Assembly (NCBI GenBank): GCA_951406725.2
Contig: OX597820.1
Location: forward strand, 106,950,001 to 107,014,000
Direction of reading: 5' to 3'
Source of the DNA: Octopus vulgaris
Taxonomy: Eukaryota
DNA: 64,000 bases
Below the pieces are notes generated by a model. That model ran no database searches, was not told the DNA's origin, and saw only the letters and a program-made list of their open reading frames with translations. The first letter of the stretch is position 1. Each line of letters starts with the position of its first letter. Positions 1 through 13,496 of this stretch are shown in pieces. A program made the position numbers and the translations under genes.

Positions 1-44
1 ATAAACAAGTTGAGGACCTTCTGTGATTTTTCTGTTGATCTCAA

Positions 45-280
45 CAGCAGTATTAACACTTTCATTACCATATTTATTTTGAGGTGTTCTGTGTTTCTTT
101 CAATTACTTCAAATATAACAAAGAATTTAGTAAAATAACTTAGTTATCATTAAACTAGTGTTAGGAACATAAATTGTGACTTAGGTTTGGTGGAAGATTT
201 TAATTCAAAACTTATGAAAATAAGACATTTGTACTCAGAGCCAGAGCCGGTTTCAGCCAGGTTGGTAATGAAAGGGTTAA
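45..280. mobile_element. piggyBac-type MITE family copy
   Basis: Ends in AAAGGG-TTAA and shares internal sequence with the copies at ~31121, ~42946, ~49118 and 63095. Confidence 0.55.
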
Positions 281-282
281 AA

Positions 283-930
283 TAGCAACCTTTGAGCTGC
301 ATTTTCATCTTGGGGAAAAATGGAAGTCTGCAGGTGCTAAATCTGGTGGATAGGGTGGGTGTGGAAGTGATACTGTGTTGTTTTTGGTGAGAAACTCAAG
401 ATTGAGGAGGGTTCAGTGACAGGGTGCATTGTCATTGTAAAGGATCCAATTCTTTGTGCTCCACAGATCTGGTCACTTTCACCAAATGTCCTCCCTCAAA
501 CGCTTCAACAATCTTCATGCACAAGCTGATGAATTTTCTCCACATTCCCAATGTAGGTCTTCCAGGGATGTTCTTCCACTTTTGAAGCACCTGTGTCACT
601 CAAAACATTGTGTATGACTCATTGCCTCATCACTGTAAGCTTGCCAAAGCATGCCTAATGTCTCTGTAGCTGACTTCCCAAGTTTAGCACAAAATCTCAC
701 GTTGGCTCTTTGTTCCAATTTCCTGTCCATGACAAAAAATCATAGACTACAGCAGACACACGTGATCACAAAAACACAAATTTCATAACTTGCGAAGTAA
801 ACACAGCAGTGTCAGTCAGCACACTGCCTATTGAAGGTCACTGCTAGCTCTCACTATGCACACAACTCAACTTTGCTGCCATCTGTTTGTACACTACAGA
901 ACTAGTCTGGGAACTTTTTGATATGACTTT
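283..930 (-). mobile_element. Degenerate mariner (Tc1/mariner) transposon relic
   Basis: The minus strand reads PPYPPDLAPADF (YSPDLAP-like motif); the frame is broken. Confidence 0.7.
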
Positions 931-1181
931 GTAATTCACAAACCTGCAGGAGCAATGAACAGGGAAAATCCAGATATACCACCCTAGGTCTAGCTACCTC
1001 TCACACAAAGGCAGGATATTTAATCCTTCCACCTGTATAGACTACAGTCCTCTCCAAGCACTAGAATAAAGAAAAGAACTGACGTCACTTCAGTAGTGTC
1101 TATACCATATGACATGAGCTGGTCAATGGAGGCCTAACATTTAAAAGCCACTTAGAATTTCACTGAAATCCCTTTACTCTT

Positions 1182-1240
1182 CTCTAGATATCTGATGAGA
1201 TGAGTTTATAGAAGCCCATGAAACCTTTTGTCATATAGAG
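1182..1240 (+). ncRNA. Putative type I hammerhead ribozyme motif (degenerate)
   Basis: atat-CTGATGA-g-ATGAGTTT/AAGCCCAT-GAAA-c...g-TC-atat; stem I extends as ctct/agag across a bulge. Confidence 0.55.
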
Positions 1241-1959
1241 CTGAGTTAAACTGTTATTAAAATACATAATCATCATTTAATGTCCGTTTTTCATGCTGAC
1301 ATAGGTTGGATGGTTTGACAGGCACTAGCAAGGCCAGGGTCCACACCAGGCTCCATTGTCCGTTTTGGTATGGTTTCTGCAGCTGAATGCCCTTCATAAT
1401 GCCAACCACTTTACAGTTTGTACTGAATGCTTTTTAAGTGGCACCAGCACCCATGCTTTTTATGTGGTACCAGCACCCATGCTTTTTATATGGTACCAGC
1501 ACCCATCCTTTTTATGTGGTACCATCACCATCAGGGTCACCAAGTATTTTGCAAAACAATAACCCCTAAACTAGGAGGGGACAGTAATATTAAGGGGGAT
1601 GGCTTTGTGCAAGTTGAGAGATCAAAGGTATAGAGGGACAAAAATAGGTGTCTTGCTGTAGATTAGAGACATGGCCACCCTAGTTGGAAAAGAAAGAAGA
1701 GTGAGTTAGAGAGTAAGATAAAGAAAGTTATAGTGAGAGAAAGATGATAGTGAAAATAGGTGACTGGTAGAGACATTAGGTGGGGGAAGAAAAATAACTG
1801 AGAAAGCCAGTGGTGTGGAAAGGTTCTTCTCTCAGCTGATAGAAAAGTGATGGGTGTTAGGGGATGAAATAGTGGGAATGATGTGTGGGGGCAGAGAGGA
1901 TGGAAATGGTGGTGGAACAGAGCTCCTCATAGACAAGCAAGTGTATATGTATGTATGTA

Positions 1960-2004
<45 letters not shown>

Positions 2005-2039
2005 ATATACAAATTATGTGTGTATATACAAATCAAAAA

Positions 2040-2567
2040 ATCAAATCAAAACAAATCAAAATAGATGAACATCAATGGAATTTGTATCTTTGTGGTACCA
2101 GTGCCGGTGGCATACAAGAAAACCATCCAAACGTGGCCGTAGCCAGTACCGCATCGACTGGCCTCCGTGCTGTGGGCACGTAACAAACACCATCCGATCG
2201 TGGCCATTCACCAGCCTCATCTGGCACCTGTGTCGGTGGCACATGAAAACACCATCCGAGCGTGGCCGTCTGCCAGCCTCGTCTGGCACTGTGTCGGTGG
2301 CACATAAAAAAATAAATAAAAAATTTTTTAAAAAACCATCCGAGCGTGGCCGTTCGCCAGCCTCGTCTGGCACATGTGTCGGTGGCACATAAAATCACCC
2401 ACTACACTCTTGGAGTGGTTGGCGTTAGGAAGGGCATCCAGCTGTAGAAACACTGCCAGATCTGACTGGCCTGGTGCAGCCTTCGGGCTCCTCAGACCCC
2501 AGTTGAACCGTCCAACCCATGCTAGCATGGAAAGCGGACGTTAAATGATGATGATGATGATGATGAT
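2040..2567 (+). mobile_element. RTE 3'-tail-derived non-autonomous repeat ending in (GAT)n
   Basis: Same 3' end as the RTE at 11825-13412 (ggaagggcatccagctgtagaaa…aaacggacgttaaatgatgatgat), with internal repeats of gtgtcggtggcac…accatccgagcgtggccg. Related copies at ~1270-1550(-), 4337-4497, 26845-27370(-), 30577-30905, 34520-34715, 38860-39050 and 43975-44330(-). Confidence 0.8.
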
Positions 2568-2585
2568 GTGTGTGTGTGTGTGTAT

Positions 2586-2863
2586 TGTTGTGGAAAGATC
2601 TTGAGCACCCCCACATGACTGAAAGTGGACTAACACATTTCAATAAAACAAAGAAACTGTGTGAACTGTGGATAGTTGACAACGTTGATCATCCATATTA
2701 GTAACTGTGTTTGTTTAATATCATAACTACATTTGGAGTAGTACGGAGGGTGTTCTGTGTGAACATATTAAATCTGCAAAAGGTTAATCTAGATAACTGT
2801 ATTCAAATATTTATTTGGGTAATACTGTTCTTACATCCAACGTGTACATCTCTTGCCATAACA
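2586..2863 (+). repeat. Probable 5' LTR of Gypsy element
   Basis: TG…CA termini followed directly by a PBS-like TGGTGATGAG (2868-2877) and then gag. No second LTR was found. Confidence 0.55.
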
Positions 2864-2867
2864 TTTT

Positions 2868-5800
2868 TGGTGATGAGATATTAGAACCCATGCTGGACAG
2901 ATTGTTGTTTCCATTTGGAAGATTTACTGGCTTCAGTAATTGCAAGAACAGCAGCAAAAACAACAACAGCAGTTGTTGGAATTGCAGAAACAACAGAAAC
3001 AGCAACTGTTAATAGAACCGCTACTCAACAAAACAGAAAATGCATCAAGTTCATTCACCTCTGATACAGTTGCAAGCTCCATCAGAAAGTTCGCATATAA
3101 CCCAAATGAGGGTACTACCTTTCCTGCCTACTTTTGAAGGTATAAGTAAATTTTTTAAAGAAGAATCCTCCAGCTGACAAGATGAAAAATCCCCGACTTT
3201 TGTTGAGAAAGTTGGTACCAGCTGAGCATAAAAAATATTGCAATTACATATTACCAAAGAGACTGGGTGAAGTCTGTTTTGAAGAAGCTGTGGATATTCT
3301 ATCAAAAATTTTTAGCTAAAAAAGCTCTTTATTTAATATGTGTTGGCAATGCATGAATATTACAAAAAAGAGGTCAAAGATTTTATTACATACACTAGAA
3401 TCATTAATAGGGAATGCAAGAGATTTAAAATTACTGAATCAGTGCTAGACATGTTTAAATGTTTAATTTAATGTCAAAAAAATCCTCAGAAAATTTGTAA
3501 CTGAATTCTGAGTAAATTAGAGCAGAATCAGAAGCTAACACTACAAAAAATATCTGAGGAATGCCAAAGAATAATAAACCTAAGACATGATACAAAAAGT
3601 AAGAAACTGCTCATATATACAATTGCTGCAACCAAAAGTAAGTAATGAAAACCAGAAAATTAAACAATGTTTTGGATGTGAAGAATTACACTATAGATTC
3701 ACCTGTCCTTATAAAAATCAAAAATGCTTCAAGTATGGTAAGACAGGTCATAAAAATCACACTGTAAAACAAAATCTAAAAAGGGGTTCAACAGAAAAAA
3801 TTCTGTAAACAGTTTATTAGTGACAAGAAATACAAGCGAGACTCAAAGGAAATTCGTGTATGAAAAAATTAATTATACAAATATAAAATTACAGTTAGAT
3901 ACAGGTAGTGACATTACTTTAGTTAATGAAAACACATGGAAAAAAATCAGGAAACCTACACTACAGAAAAGCTAGAAGATTGCACATAGAGTCTTGGGAA
4001 CTAAATTAATATTTTAAAGGCGAAATTATTTGCAAAGTTGTTTTTCACAGTAAGACTATAAAGCAAAAGCTTATGTATTAAAAAATACAACCAACCTTTT
4101 TGGAACTGACTGGATGGAAATGTTCAACTTATGAGATTTACCCATAAATAATTTTTGTAAAAATGTAATGGGGTTGTATACCAGTTCAAATAGAGATTTA
4201 GAAAATTTAAAAAAAGAAGTGAAAAGGTTGTTCCCTGATGTTTTTCAGACGAGTTGGATTGGTGTAATAAATTTAAAGCCAAATTTCAGAGAAAAGAAAA
4301 TTCATTACAAGCTTTCAAATCCAAACATAATGTACAAAGCACCCACTACACTCATGGAGTGGTTGGCGTTAGGAAGGGCATCCAGCTGTAGAAACACTGC
4401 CAAACCAGACTGGAGCCTGGTGCAGCCTCCATGGCTTACCAGACCCCGGTCGAACTGTCCAACCCATGGAAAACGGACGTTAAATGATGATGATGATGGA
4501 TATGATGCTTGCAGAGTGTGACTTTGTGATGGCCTACCTGGATGATATATTAATCAAAAGTGAATCCTGTGATCAGCATGTCGAGTGTGTAAAATATGTT
4601 TTTGAAAAAATAAGAGATTATGGTTTCACATTGAATGAGGAGAAATGTGAATTTTTCTTACCTAAAATTAAGTATTTAGGACAAATCATTGATAAAAATG
4701 GTTGTCGACCAGCTCCATCGAAGGTAGAAACAATTAAAAATATGACCCCTCCAACAAATATATCTACCTTACAAGATTTTTTGGGACTTGCAAACCATTA
4801 TCAAAATTATATATCAAATATGTACAAAGTAAGGGCTCCATTAAATAATCTATTTAAAAAAATGTAAAGTGGTATTGGTCTGAACATTGTCAGATGTTCA
4901 ACGAAATAAAAATGATATTAACATTTAATTTGTCTTTAGCACATTTCAATGCTGCAGTGGAGATTGTAGTAGCTTCAGATGCTAGTGAGTACAGTATCAG
5001 AGCAGTAATGTTACATAAATACGAAAATGGTAATATGAAGGCCATGGTTCATGCCTCACATTCACTACTACCGGCAGAAAGCCAAATTGAAAAAGAAGCT
5101 CTAGTGATTATTTTTGCCATAAAAATTTCATAGATTTTTACACAGTAGAAATTTTCAACTACAGACTGATCATTGTCTATTATTAACTATCTATGGGTCG
5201 AAGAAAGGAATCCCTCCTACCCATACTACTAATAAGTTGCAATGCTGGGTTACTATATTACTAAATTACAATTTTAAGATAGAGTTTATATCCTCTAAGG
5301 AATTAGGACACGCTGATTGTTTATGAAGATTGATACCAAAGAATACTGAACCATTTGAGGATACCATGATTGCAGCATTGTGAGTGGAAAATGAAATTAA
5401 AGATGTTTTATTTAATGTCATACATGAATAATCAGTTACATTACAAGACAAAATTAAAAGCAGAAAGCAATGAATTTATCAAAAATATGAAAGAAATGCT
5501 GAGGGTTAAAAGAGATAAAAATATGTGTTTTGTTAAACACAACACAAATTCAAACTTGCTCTCAATTTGTGCTAATGTAAGCACAAAGAGTCGTAGTGCC
5601 AGCCATACTACAGAAGCAATTGCTAAAGGAATTTCACATTGGTCACCCAGGGATTTTGTGAATGAAATCATTAATGAGAAGTTACGTATATTGGCCAAGA
5701 ATGGACTGTGACACTGAAGAACAAGTGAAAGTATGCAGAGGTTGTGTGCTAGCAGCAAAATCACCTACCACAAAATGGCAACTGTGGTCAAAAACAGATA

Positions 5801-6480
5801 TCCCTTGGTCCAGACTGCATGTTGATTATGCAGGTCCACTTAACGCTTCATATGGTAGACACTTTTTCTAAGTGGCCTGAAGTGCATAAGTGTGAAAAGT
5901 TGACATCTGCAGTTACAGTAAGTTTTTTACACAAATTGTTCACCTGATATAGTATTCCTGATACCATTGTGTCTGATAATGGAACTCAGTTTACTTCAGA
6001 TGAGTTCAGAAAATTTTGTCAAATGTTCATTATGGAACATATGACTGTTCTGCCATATCATTGTAGGTCAAATGGACAAGTGGAGCATTTTGTCGATACA
6101 TTTAAGAGGGCTTTAAAAAAAGGCAAACAATGAAGTAACGGATGACCTAGCATTTCAACAATTTCTAAGAGTGTACTGAGTAACACCTAGTCTCAATACC
6201 CCATCTGGAATGTCACCTGCAGAACTAATGTTTGTTAGAAAGATTAGATCCATCTTTGACAAGTTGTTACCAAATAAAAAAAGAAAACCAGCAAAGAATA
6301 AATATAATTCATAATTTTTAAAGATAGGTGACTAAGTTTTTTTTAAATTTATATTTCCATTGAAGTTTTTTATGCCCTGTTTGAGGTACCAACACCCAAA
6401 CAACTTAAAACTATACATTCAAGTACCAGAAAAAGGAAAAGAATGGAAATACTGGAATTAGACCCTAAGCAACATCAAAG
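2868..6480 (+). mobile_element. Decayed Ty3/Gypsy LTR retrotransposon internal region (gag CCHC, protease, RT, RNase H, integrase)
   Basis: Fragments: CFGCEELHYRFTCPYKNQKCFKYGKTGH (zinc knuckles), LQLDTGSDIT (protease), AYLDDILI (RT), VASDASEY…SQIEKEAL (RNase H), HPG…MKSLMRSYVYWP…PWSRLHVDYAGP and VSDNGTQF (integrase). Many stops and frameshifts; interrupted at 4337-4497. Confidence 0.93.
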
Positions 6481-6586
6481 GAAGATTAACCAGGAAGGTA
6501 GCTTTCACATGCAGCAGATGCACAGGGGCAATAAACACCACAGATGCTCAGAAAACAGACTCCATCACATGCTGGGGGAGAAATAT

Positions 6587-6905
6587 TGCTGAGGTTCCAG
6601 GATGCGATAGATTATGCAGAGCTTCAAAAACAGCTCATCTATGAGTCTCTGGGATGAAGGGATGAGGCAAATCTGTTGAAATGTCACACAGGATCTGCTT
6701 GTCAGAGGTTGGCATAGGCAAGTATTTGAATTTGCACCTCGCAAATTCAGGAGAAGATATCTTGATTGAGTCCAGAGGAGGTTGCTCAGAGGATAAAACA
6801 TTCAGGTCAATACTCACAGTGGATGCTAAAGAATTAACAAGCAGATGGGATAATGCATCTGCGGCAGTGTTTTGTGCACTGGAGATGTGTTGAATATCTT
6901 GGTGA
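6587..6905 (-). mobile_element. Fragment of a second Gypsy element (RNase H end / integrase N-terminus), preceded by a short RTE fragment at ~6497-6585(+)
   Basis: The minus strand reads DIQHISSAQNTAADALSHL and ILCDISTDLPHPFIPETHR. Confidence 0.75.
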
Positions 6906-6909
6906 ATTG

Positions 6910-9113
6910 CAATATAAAGTCAAGGTGTCAAGTCTCTCACAAGTCTGACTTAGGCAGACTGAGCAAACTCATTCTGGATAAATATCTACCTACTATTCGC
7001 AGTAAGATCAAACTTAGCCTTTGGAAGAATACTCAAGGTGCATTGGATTGGTTTTCTGCCATTAAGGTCTGTAACAATAACAACAACAGCAATAATAGAA
7101 GTAAATTCATCCAATTTGATATACAAAATTATTACACTTCCATTAACCCTATTATTTTAAATAAGGCTTTAATTTTTGCTAGAAAATACACTAAATTAAG
7201 TATGGGTGAGATTAGGGTTATCTTAACAGCTAGGAAAACTTTAATAGAGTTTGATAATAAACTTTGGGCTAGAAAGGACACACCCAACTTGTTCGACATC
7301 ACCATGGGATCGCCGGACTCAGCGGAAGTGACTGATCTAGTGGGGATGTATCTATTGGATAACATTAGTAGGGAATTCCCTGAATTAAAAGGAGGATTAT
7401 ATAGGGATGATGCTTTATTTTGTGTAAATAATACATCTAATAGGAGATTAGATCTTCTGAAAAAAAGAATAAATAAATTTTTTAAAAGTTTTGGCCTATC
7501 CATTATCATTGAAAGGGAAAACTATTCTGCTAATTATTTGGATGTCAATTGTAACATTACTAATGGGATACATGAACCTTATATTAAACCCAATTCTAAC
7601 CTAATATATATAAACCGTTCTAGCAATCACCCCCCTCAAATTAAAAGTGCACTAGTGCGTAGCATTAGTCAGAGAATTTCTTGTTTATCCTCAAACGAGG
7701 ACATTTTTAATAAACATTGTGATAGATACAATGCAGCATTGCTAAAAGCAGGCTACAAAAGTAAAATATGGTATATACCTAAGGGGAATCCTCCAAATGG
7801 AGGTGGAACTATTAGGAACAACGCCAATAGATTTAGGACAAACAATAATAACTATAAGAAAAGGAAAAATAGAATATATGAAAACGCCTATAATAATTAT
7901 AGAGGTGTTGTTAACCTCGGAACGGTGGACGTTAGTTTAAATAGATCTGCGCAAATAGGTATTGGTAGTAATATTAATAATATACATATCAAAACTTATG
8001 GTAGATATGATAATAGTAAAGTTTACTTGCGTAATAATTATGGGAATATTGATATAGATAGACATAACAATGACATTGGTAAGGATAGTAAACATATGGG
8101 TTGGTCAAGGAATAAGGTTTTTACTAAAAACAATAATTTGATAGGCAACCCTAATACTGATAAGGATACACTTTGGCTTATTATCCCATATGCAATGCAG
8201 ATAAAAACAGACATAGTTAGAGCTTTGCATAATGTAATATTTAGGCACTTTGGTAAGGATAGGAATAAATTTAGTCATTTAATTAACAATCGTACTGTTA
8301 GAATAGGATATAGCATTACACATAATCTAGCCACCATCATCTCCTCTTTTAATAACAGGAAACTTGATTGCTTCTATAAAGATAGAAAGTTGAATTTAGA
8401 TAATAGAAATTTGCCTCTCTTTAATAGTAGGAACAATAAATCTTTTGTAGCTAACGGGAACAACCCTCTTATAAATTATGAGGGTACCGTACCTGCTAGG
8501 GAAAATATCAATGTAATAGATGATACTACTACTACCAATACTAGTACTATTGATAGGAATATCGCCAATAATGTTAAATTAACTCATTCGTTGAATTTGG
8601 GTTTGGATGGTAATAATAATTGTAACACTACTAATGTGAATGGTGTTACAGGATTGGGGACCAATCTTGGGTTACCCCAACCTGTAAATAACTGTAATTG
8701 CAGAAACAGAAATAAATGTGTGTTTGGTAATCAATGCCTCAGGAAGGAGGTAGTTTACCAATGCACTGTGGATACACAATTTAGTAGTAGGGTGTATATC
8801 GGAGCAACTATGAATAGCATGAAACAGAGACTTAATTATCATAGATATACTTTTAGAAATAAAAATAGGATGTACTCTACAGGGTTAAGTGCATACATTT
8901 GGGAACTCAAAAGTAAGAACTTAGATTTTAGATTAAATTGGAAAATACTAACTTCAGCACCTATGTATAATGGAAAAAATAAAAAATGCTCTCTATGTAT
9001 TAATGAAATTTTTTTTCATTATCAAAGCGGGTAGGCATATTATTAATAACATAAATGAAAAAAAATTTTTTTGCATTCACAAACTACCGTACACTTTTTC
9101 TAGATTCAAATAG
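6910..9113 (+). CDS. Penelope-like element polyprotein (RT + C-terminal GIY-YIG endonuclease), 5'-truncated, one frameshift near the C-terminus; probably Naiad clade
   Basis: KFIQFDIQNYYTSI, FDITMGSPDSAEVTDLVG, GLYRDD, SNHPP, CNCR…C…CL…VVYQC…VYIGAT…R…H…LSAYIWELK…CSLCINE. Removing one T from the T8 run at ~9009-9016 extends the frame to …INNINEKKFFCIHKLPYTFSRFK* at 9113. Confidence 0.92.
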
Positions 9114-11420
9114 AACTTAGCATTTCTACTAGTAATATTTTAACTCCCTTCTGTATCTAATTATACTAGTGGTCTTCTACAATTCTAAAACATGCAACTT
9201 ATAAATTTATAATTTTATATAATTTTGTAGCTACACATGTATAAAAATATATATATGTCCAGTATTAATTGTTTTTTGTATGTGGGTTTTTTTTGGTTTT
9301 TTTGTCTTGTTTTATAAGGGAAATACACTACGACAAGAAATAATATATTCATTTTGGTATTTGCTTTGTAATATGTGATTCTTGAAGTTTTCTAATATTA
9401 CAGAATGTGTATGAATATCATAGTTAGATACCTGGTTTTAGATACTGTAATACTATTATGTAATATATGAGAGTCTATTTGGGAGTTTGTTTGTTTAGGT
9501 TGAGAATTTGGGTTTTTGTAGGTTTTTATTTGGCAGGCTTATATATTGTATATTTGGTGTATCTTTGTACTCACCTAAATTTGTATCTTATGCTATTTAT
9601 TAATAAACCTATTCATTTACTCACATTTGGCTTTATAAATATTAGCAGTCTCTTATATATTTAGTCTATATTTGTAGTCTTCTGGATTTGTACATTATGT
9701 TATTCATCTATTCATTTTTTTACTCATTATCTACAGGTATAAATTTACATAATATTAGCCTGTATACTAAGTTTATATAAGTACTTTCTTCAATATATAT
9801 CTTCACTTTATTTTATGTTATTTATTTACATATGTACTCTTTTATGCATATGTGGATATATGCATATTAGCATTACTATATATTAGGTGTACCTGTACCT
9901 ATGTATTTATCTGAATTTGTTTTCTATGGTATCTATCTATTCATTTAGTCATTTACTTATTTATTTATTTATTTATTTACTTATTTAAGTGTAGATATAT
10001 ACATACATATCAATTATTTATTTTAATAATATATGGATACATGCATACTGGTTTGCACTTATATTATGTATGTAATTTTAATTATTTCTTCTTATTTATT
10101 TTATCACATTTTTAACTTAACTATTTACAATTTATTAACTTATAATTAATTTAATTTCTGTTATTTATTTATATACAATTGTATTAGTAAGTCCCCCATT
10201 GATATTATTTAATGCCAAATCTTGGTAATTATTACATTTGTTATCTATGTGTCCACGGTTGCTTAAAAGTATATTTATATATAAGTACTATGAATGTTTT
10301 ATCGCGAGCCACATATGAAAATAGACGGTGCGTTTGTGTATATCTGCTGCTACACACGAGTATGTATATTTGAGTGTAATTCTATTAGTTCGTAGGTTAG
10401 GTTCCTTGATGGATAAATATTAATATTATAATTGGCACTGGATTTATTACGTAGTAAAGATATATATTTATACTATAAAAAATTAATCTATACTTTATAA
10501 CTTAGCGTACATGCGATTATAGCAAATTACGGTGAAATCAGTAAACGTTACGTTGACTACAGAAAAAAACGGTGTCACATGCTGCGTGTACCCTGCGAAA
10601 ATAACATTCAATGTCATGATATATAAATATATGTATCTTTATAACAAATATTTTATGGAAATATGTGAGTGGATCTATTTGGTTAATTTAGTGGCATGCT
10701 TGTCGTTTTGAGAGGCTGGATGGCTGCATAGCTAGGATTATACCTCTTTTATTATTTATTTATTTATGTGTTTGACGTTGTTTGTGGATATGTATGTGTA
10801 TGAGTGTATGTGTGTGTGTGTACAATAATTATGTATGTATGTGCAACTGATCTGTGGATGTGCGTGTGCGTATGTGCGTTTCTTGACTAACTAACCGTAA
10901 AATTTCTTTTGTGATTCAAATTTTAAACTATAAGCCAATCGAATTAATCTAGAATAATCAATATCAAGTGGACAGAATAACCAGACTCATAGATATGTCG
11001 ATGTCCGATGGATGTACTTGGTACAGACATAATTGTATCTATTATTATTATTATTATTAATATTAATAGTAATTTTTATTAACTTTTACAGGTTTATAAT
11101 TTTATGAACTGAACTGTGTTTTTTTATTATTTTTCATGTATAGGTCTGATTTTAATTTAAATGTGAGTGTGCATATATTTTCCTGTGTGTTAGTTTTTAG
11201 AACTATTAGCCCAATATGTAGAATAACTGTGCTTATTAATATATATTGATATATATTTTGTTTTATTTTGTTTTGTTTATTTTGTATTATTGTATTAATG
11301 AGTATATATATATATATATGTGTAGTATTATGGGTGTCTATGCACACGTTTTTATATTTTATATTTTTATATTTATATGTATATAAAAAAAATTTTTTTC
11401 ACACTTATAATAAATTAAAT

Positions 11421-11531
11421 TCTCTGAAGAGGCTGTGGGGCATCCTTGTTAATGTCTCATTTATACCTGCCTTATATGGCTTATAGGTTAAATGAGGCAT
11501 GCTTGCCCTTACTGCCGAAACAGCTGTCAGA
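11421..11531 (+). ncRNA. Type I hammerhead ribozyme (PLE pLTR) with long stem II
   Basis: tct-CTGAAGA-GGC…GCC-GAAA-CAGCTG-TC-aga; stem II contains ATGTCTCATTTA/TAAATGAGGCAT; predicted cleavage after C11528. Confidence 0.85.
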
Positions 11532-11824
11532 TATGATATAATTACATATATTTTATATTTTATATTTCTATTTCCTTGTCTAATTATATTTATAATATAT
11601 TTTGTATAATGCCTTTACTGTTATGTAATGGTGTAATAAAGTATTGATTGGGTATCATCTGATGGTTGATGTTTGATTGATTTAAGTATGTTTCTCCATT
11701 TTCTAATTTTGTAATATATATATATATATGTATTTACTTGGAAATGGATGTATGGTGTTCAATTAAATAATAATATAAATAATACATATATGTATACATA
11801 TATACATATACATACATACATATA

Positions 11825-13409
11825 TATTAAGGGCTGTACAGGCCCTATACAGAGAGGCTTTCAGCAAGGTTAGGATTGGCAACGAATATAGTGAAGAATT
11901 CTGGGTAGAAGGTGTACACCAAGGTTCAGCCCTCAGTCCCCTTTTATTCATCATAGTCCTCCAGGCAATAACAGAGGAATTCAAAACAGGTTGCTCCTGA
12001 GAGCTCCTCTATGCTGATGACTTGGCTCTCAGAGCAAAATCACTACTGGAACTAGAAAAGAAATTTCGGGTGTGGAAGCAAGGATTAGAATCAAAGGGCC
12101 TTAGCGTAAATGTAGCAAAGACCAAAGTTATAGTAAACAGAAAGGCGAACTCAGCACACACACCCTCGGGCAGGTGGCCCTGCTCAATCTGTAGGAAAGG
12201 TGTAGGTAGAAACTCCATAAGATGTACCCACTGTAAGCTATGGACGCATAAGAGGTGCAGCAACATCAAAGGGAAATTAACTGATAAGATAGCTTTCATG
12301 TGCGGCAGATGCACAGGGACAATAGACACCACAGATACTCAGAAAACAGATTCCATCACACTCCAGGGGAAGAAACTAGAAGTAGCTGATAGTTTCCGCT
12401 ACCTGGTTGATCAAGTTAGTAGTGGAGGTGGATGATCAGAGAGTGTCACCACTAGAATATGAATAGCGTGGGCAAAGTTTAGAAAGCTCCTACCCCTACT
12501 GGCGACAAAGGGTCTCTCGCTCAGAGTGAAAGGTAGATTGTATGATGCATGTGTGCGAACTGCCATGCTTCACGGTAGTGAAACTGGTTGTGACTACAGA
12601 GGACATGCGTAGACTTGAAAGAAATGAAGCTAGCATGATCCGCTGGATGTGTAATGTCAGTGTGTGCGCACGACAGAGGGTAAGCACCCTGAGAGAAATG
12701 CTGGACATAAGAAGCATCAGATGTGGCGTGCAAGAGCAACGCTTGCGATGGGATGGTCATGTACTCTGGATGGATGAGGAGAGATGTGTGAAGAAGTGCC
12801 GCACCCAAACAGTTGAAGGTATCAGGGGGAGAGGTAGACCCAGGAAGACATGGGATGAGGTAGTCAAGCATGACCTCAGAGCACTGGGCCTCACAGAGGC
12901 AATGACGAAGGACCGAGATTTCTGGAGATATGCTGTGACTGCAAAGACCCGGGCTGCTCCCTGCACCAGTTCCGCATAGCCCCTGCCCATTCAAAGTACC
13001 TTGGATTTCATAACATCCCGCTGTGCTTGAGGAGACCTATTGAGTCAAGTACATGAACATTGAAATAAATATCAATGGAAATAGTAGTTGTGATACCTGT
13101 GCCGGTGGCACATAAAAAGCACCATCCGAACATGGCCGATGCCAGTGCCACCTTGACTGGCTTCCGTGCCGGTAGCACATTAAAAGCACCAACCGATCAT
13201 GGCCGCTGCCAAACTCCCCTGGCACCTGTGCCGGTGGCACATAAAAAGCACCCACTACACTCGCGAAGTGGTTGGTATTAGGAAGGGCATACAGCTATAG
13301 AAACACTGCCAGATCAGACTGGAGCCTGGTGCAGCCTCCTGGCTTCCCAGACCCCGGTCGAACTGTCCAACCCATGCTAACATGGAAAACGAACGTTAAA
13401 CGATGATGA

Positions 13410-13412
<3 letters not shown>
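11825..13412 (+). mobile_element. 5'-truncated RTE-clade LINE with (GAT)n tail
   Basis: GVHQGSALSPLLF, YADDL, Cys-rich WPCSICRKGVGRNSIRC…WTHKRCS, RLRWDGHVL…RGRGRPRKTW; contains stops and frameshifts. Confidence 0.93.
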
Positions 13413-13451
<39 letters not shown>

Positions 13452-13496
13452 TCATCATCGTTTATATATATATATATAATGTATATATATATATAT

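Larger units (their letters stand above)
6910..11765 (+). mobile_element. Penelope-like retroelement with long AT-rich 3' region and HHR-bearing terminal repeat
   Basis: The ORF above is followed by ~2.3 kb of AT-rich sequence and a same-strand hammerhead motif at 11421-11531, the usual PLE pLTR layout. Confidence 0.75.

Noticed and set aside
6300-6500. 3' LTR of the Gypsy element
   Set aside because: No match to 2586-2863; the element is truncated by other fragments.
6872-6910. Listed start of the 720-aa ORF
   Set aside because: The first residues come from the antisense of an adjacent Gypsy fragment; the PLE is 5'-truncated and has no real start here.
6910-9400. Selenocysteine recoding, as reported for some Naiad elements
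   Set aside because: No in-frame TGA in the visible ORF, and I could not recognise a SECIS by eye.
12014-12021. CTGATGA inside RTE and mariner coding sequence (also ~526 and ~30130)
   Set aside because: Explained by coding sequence such as YADD codons; no flanking stems.
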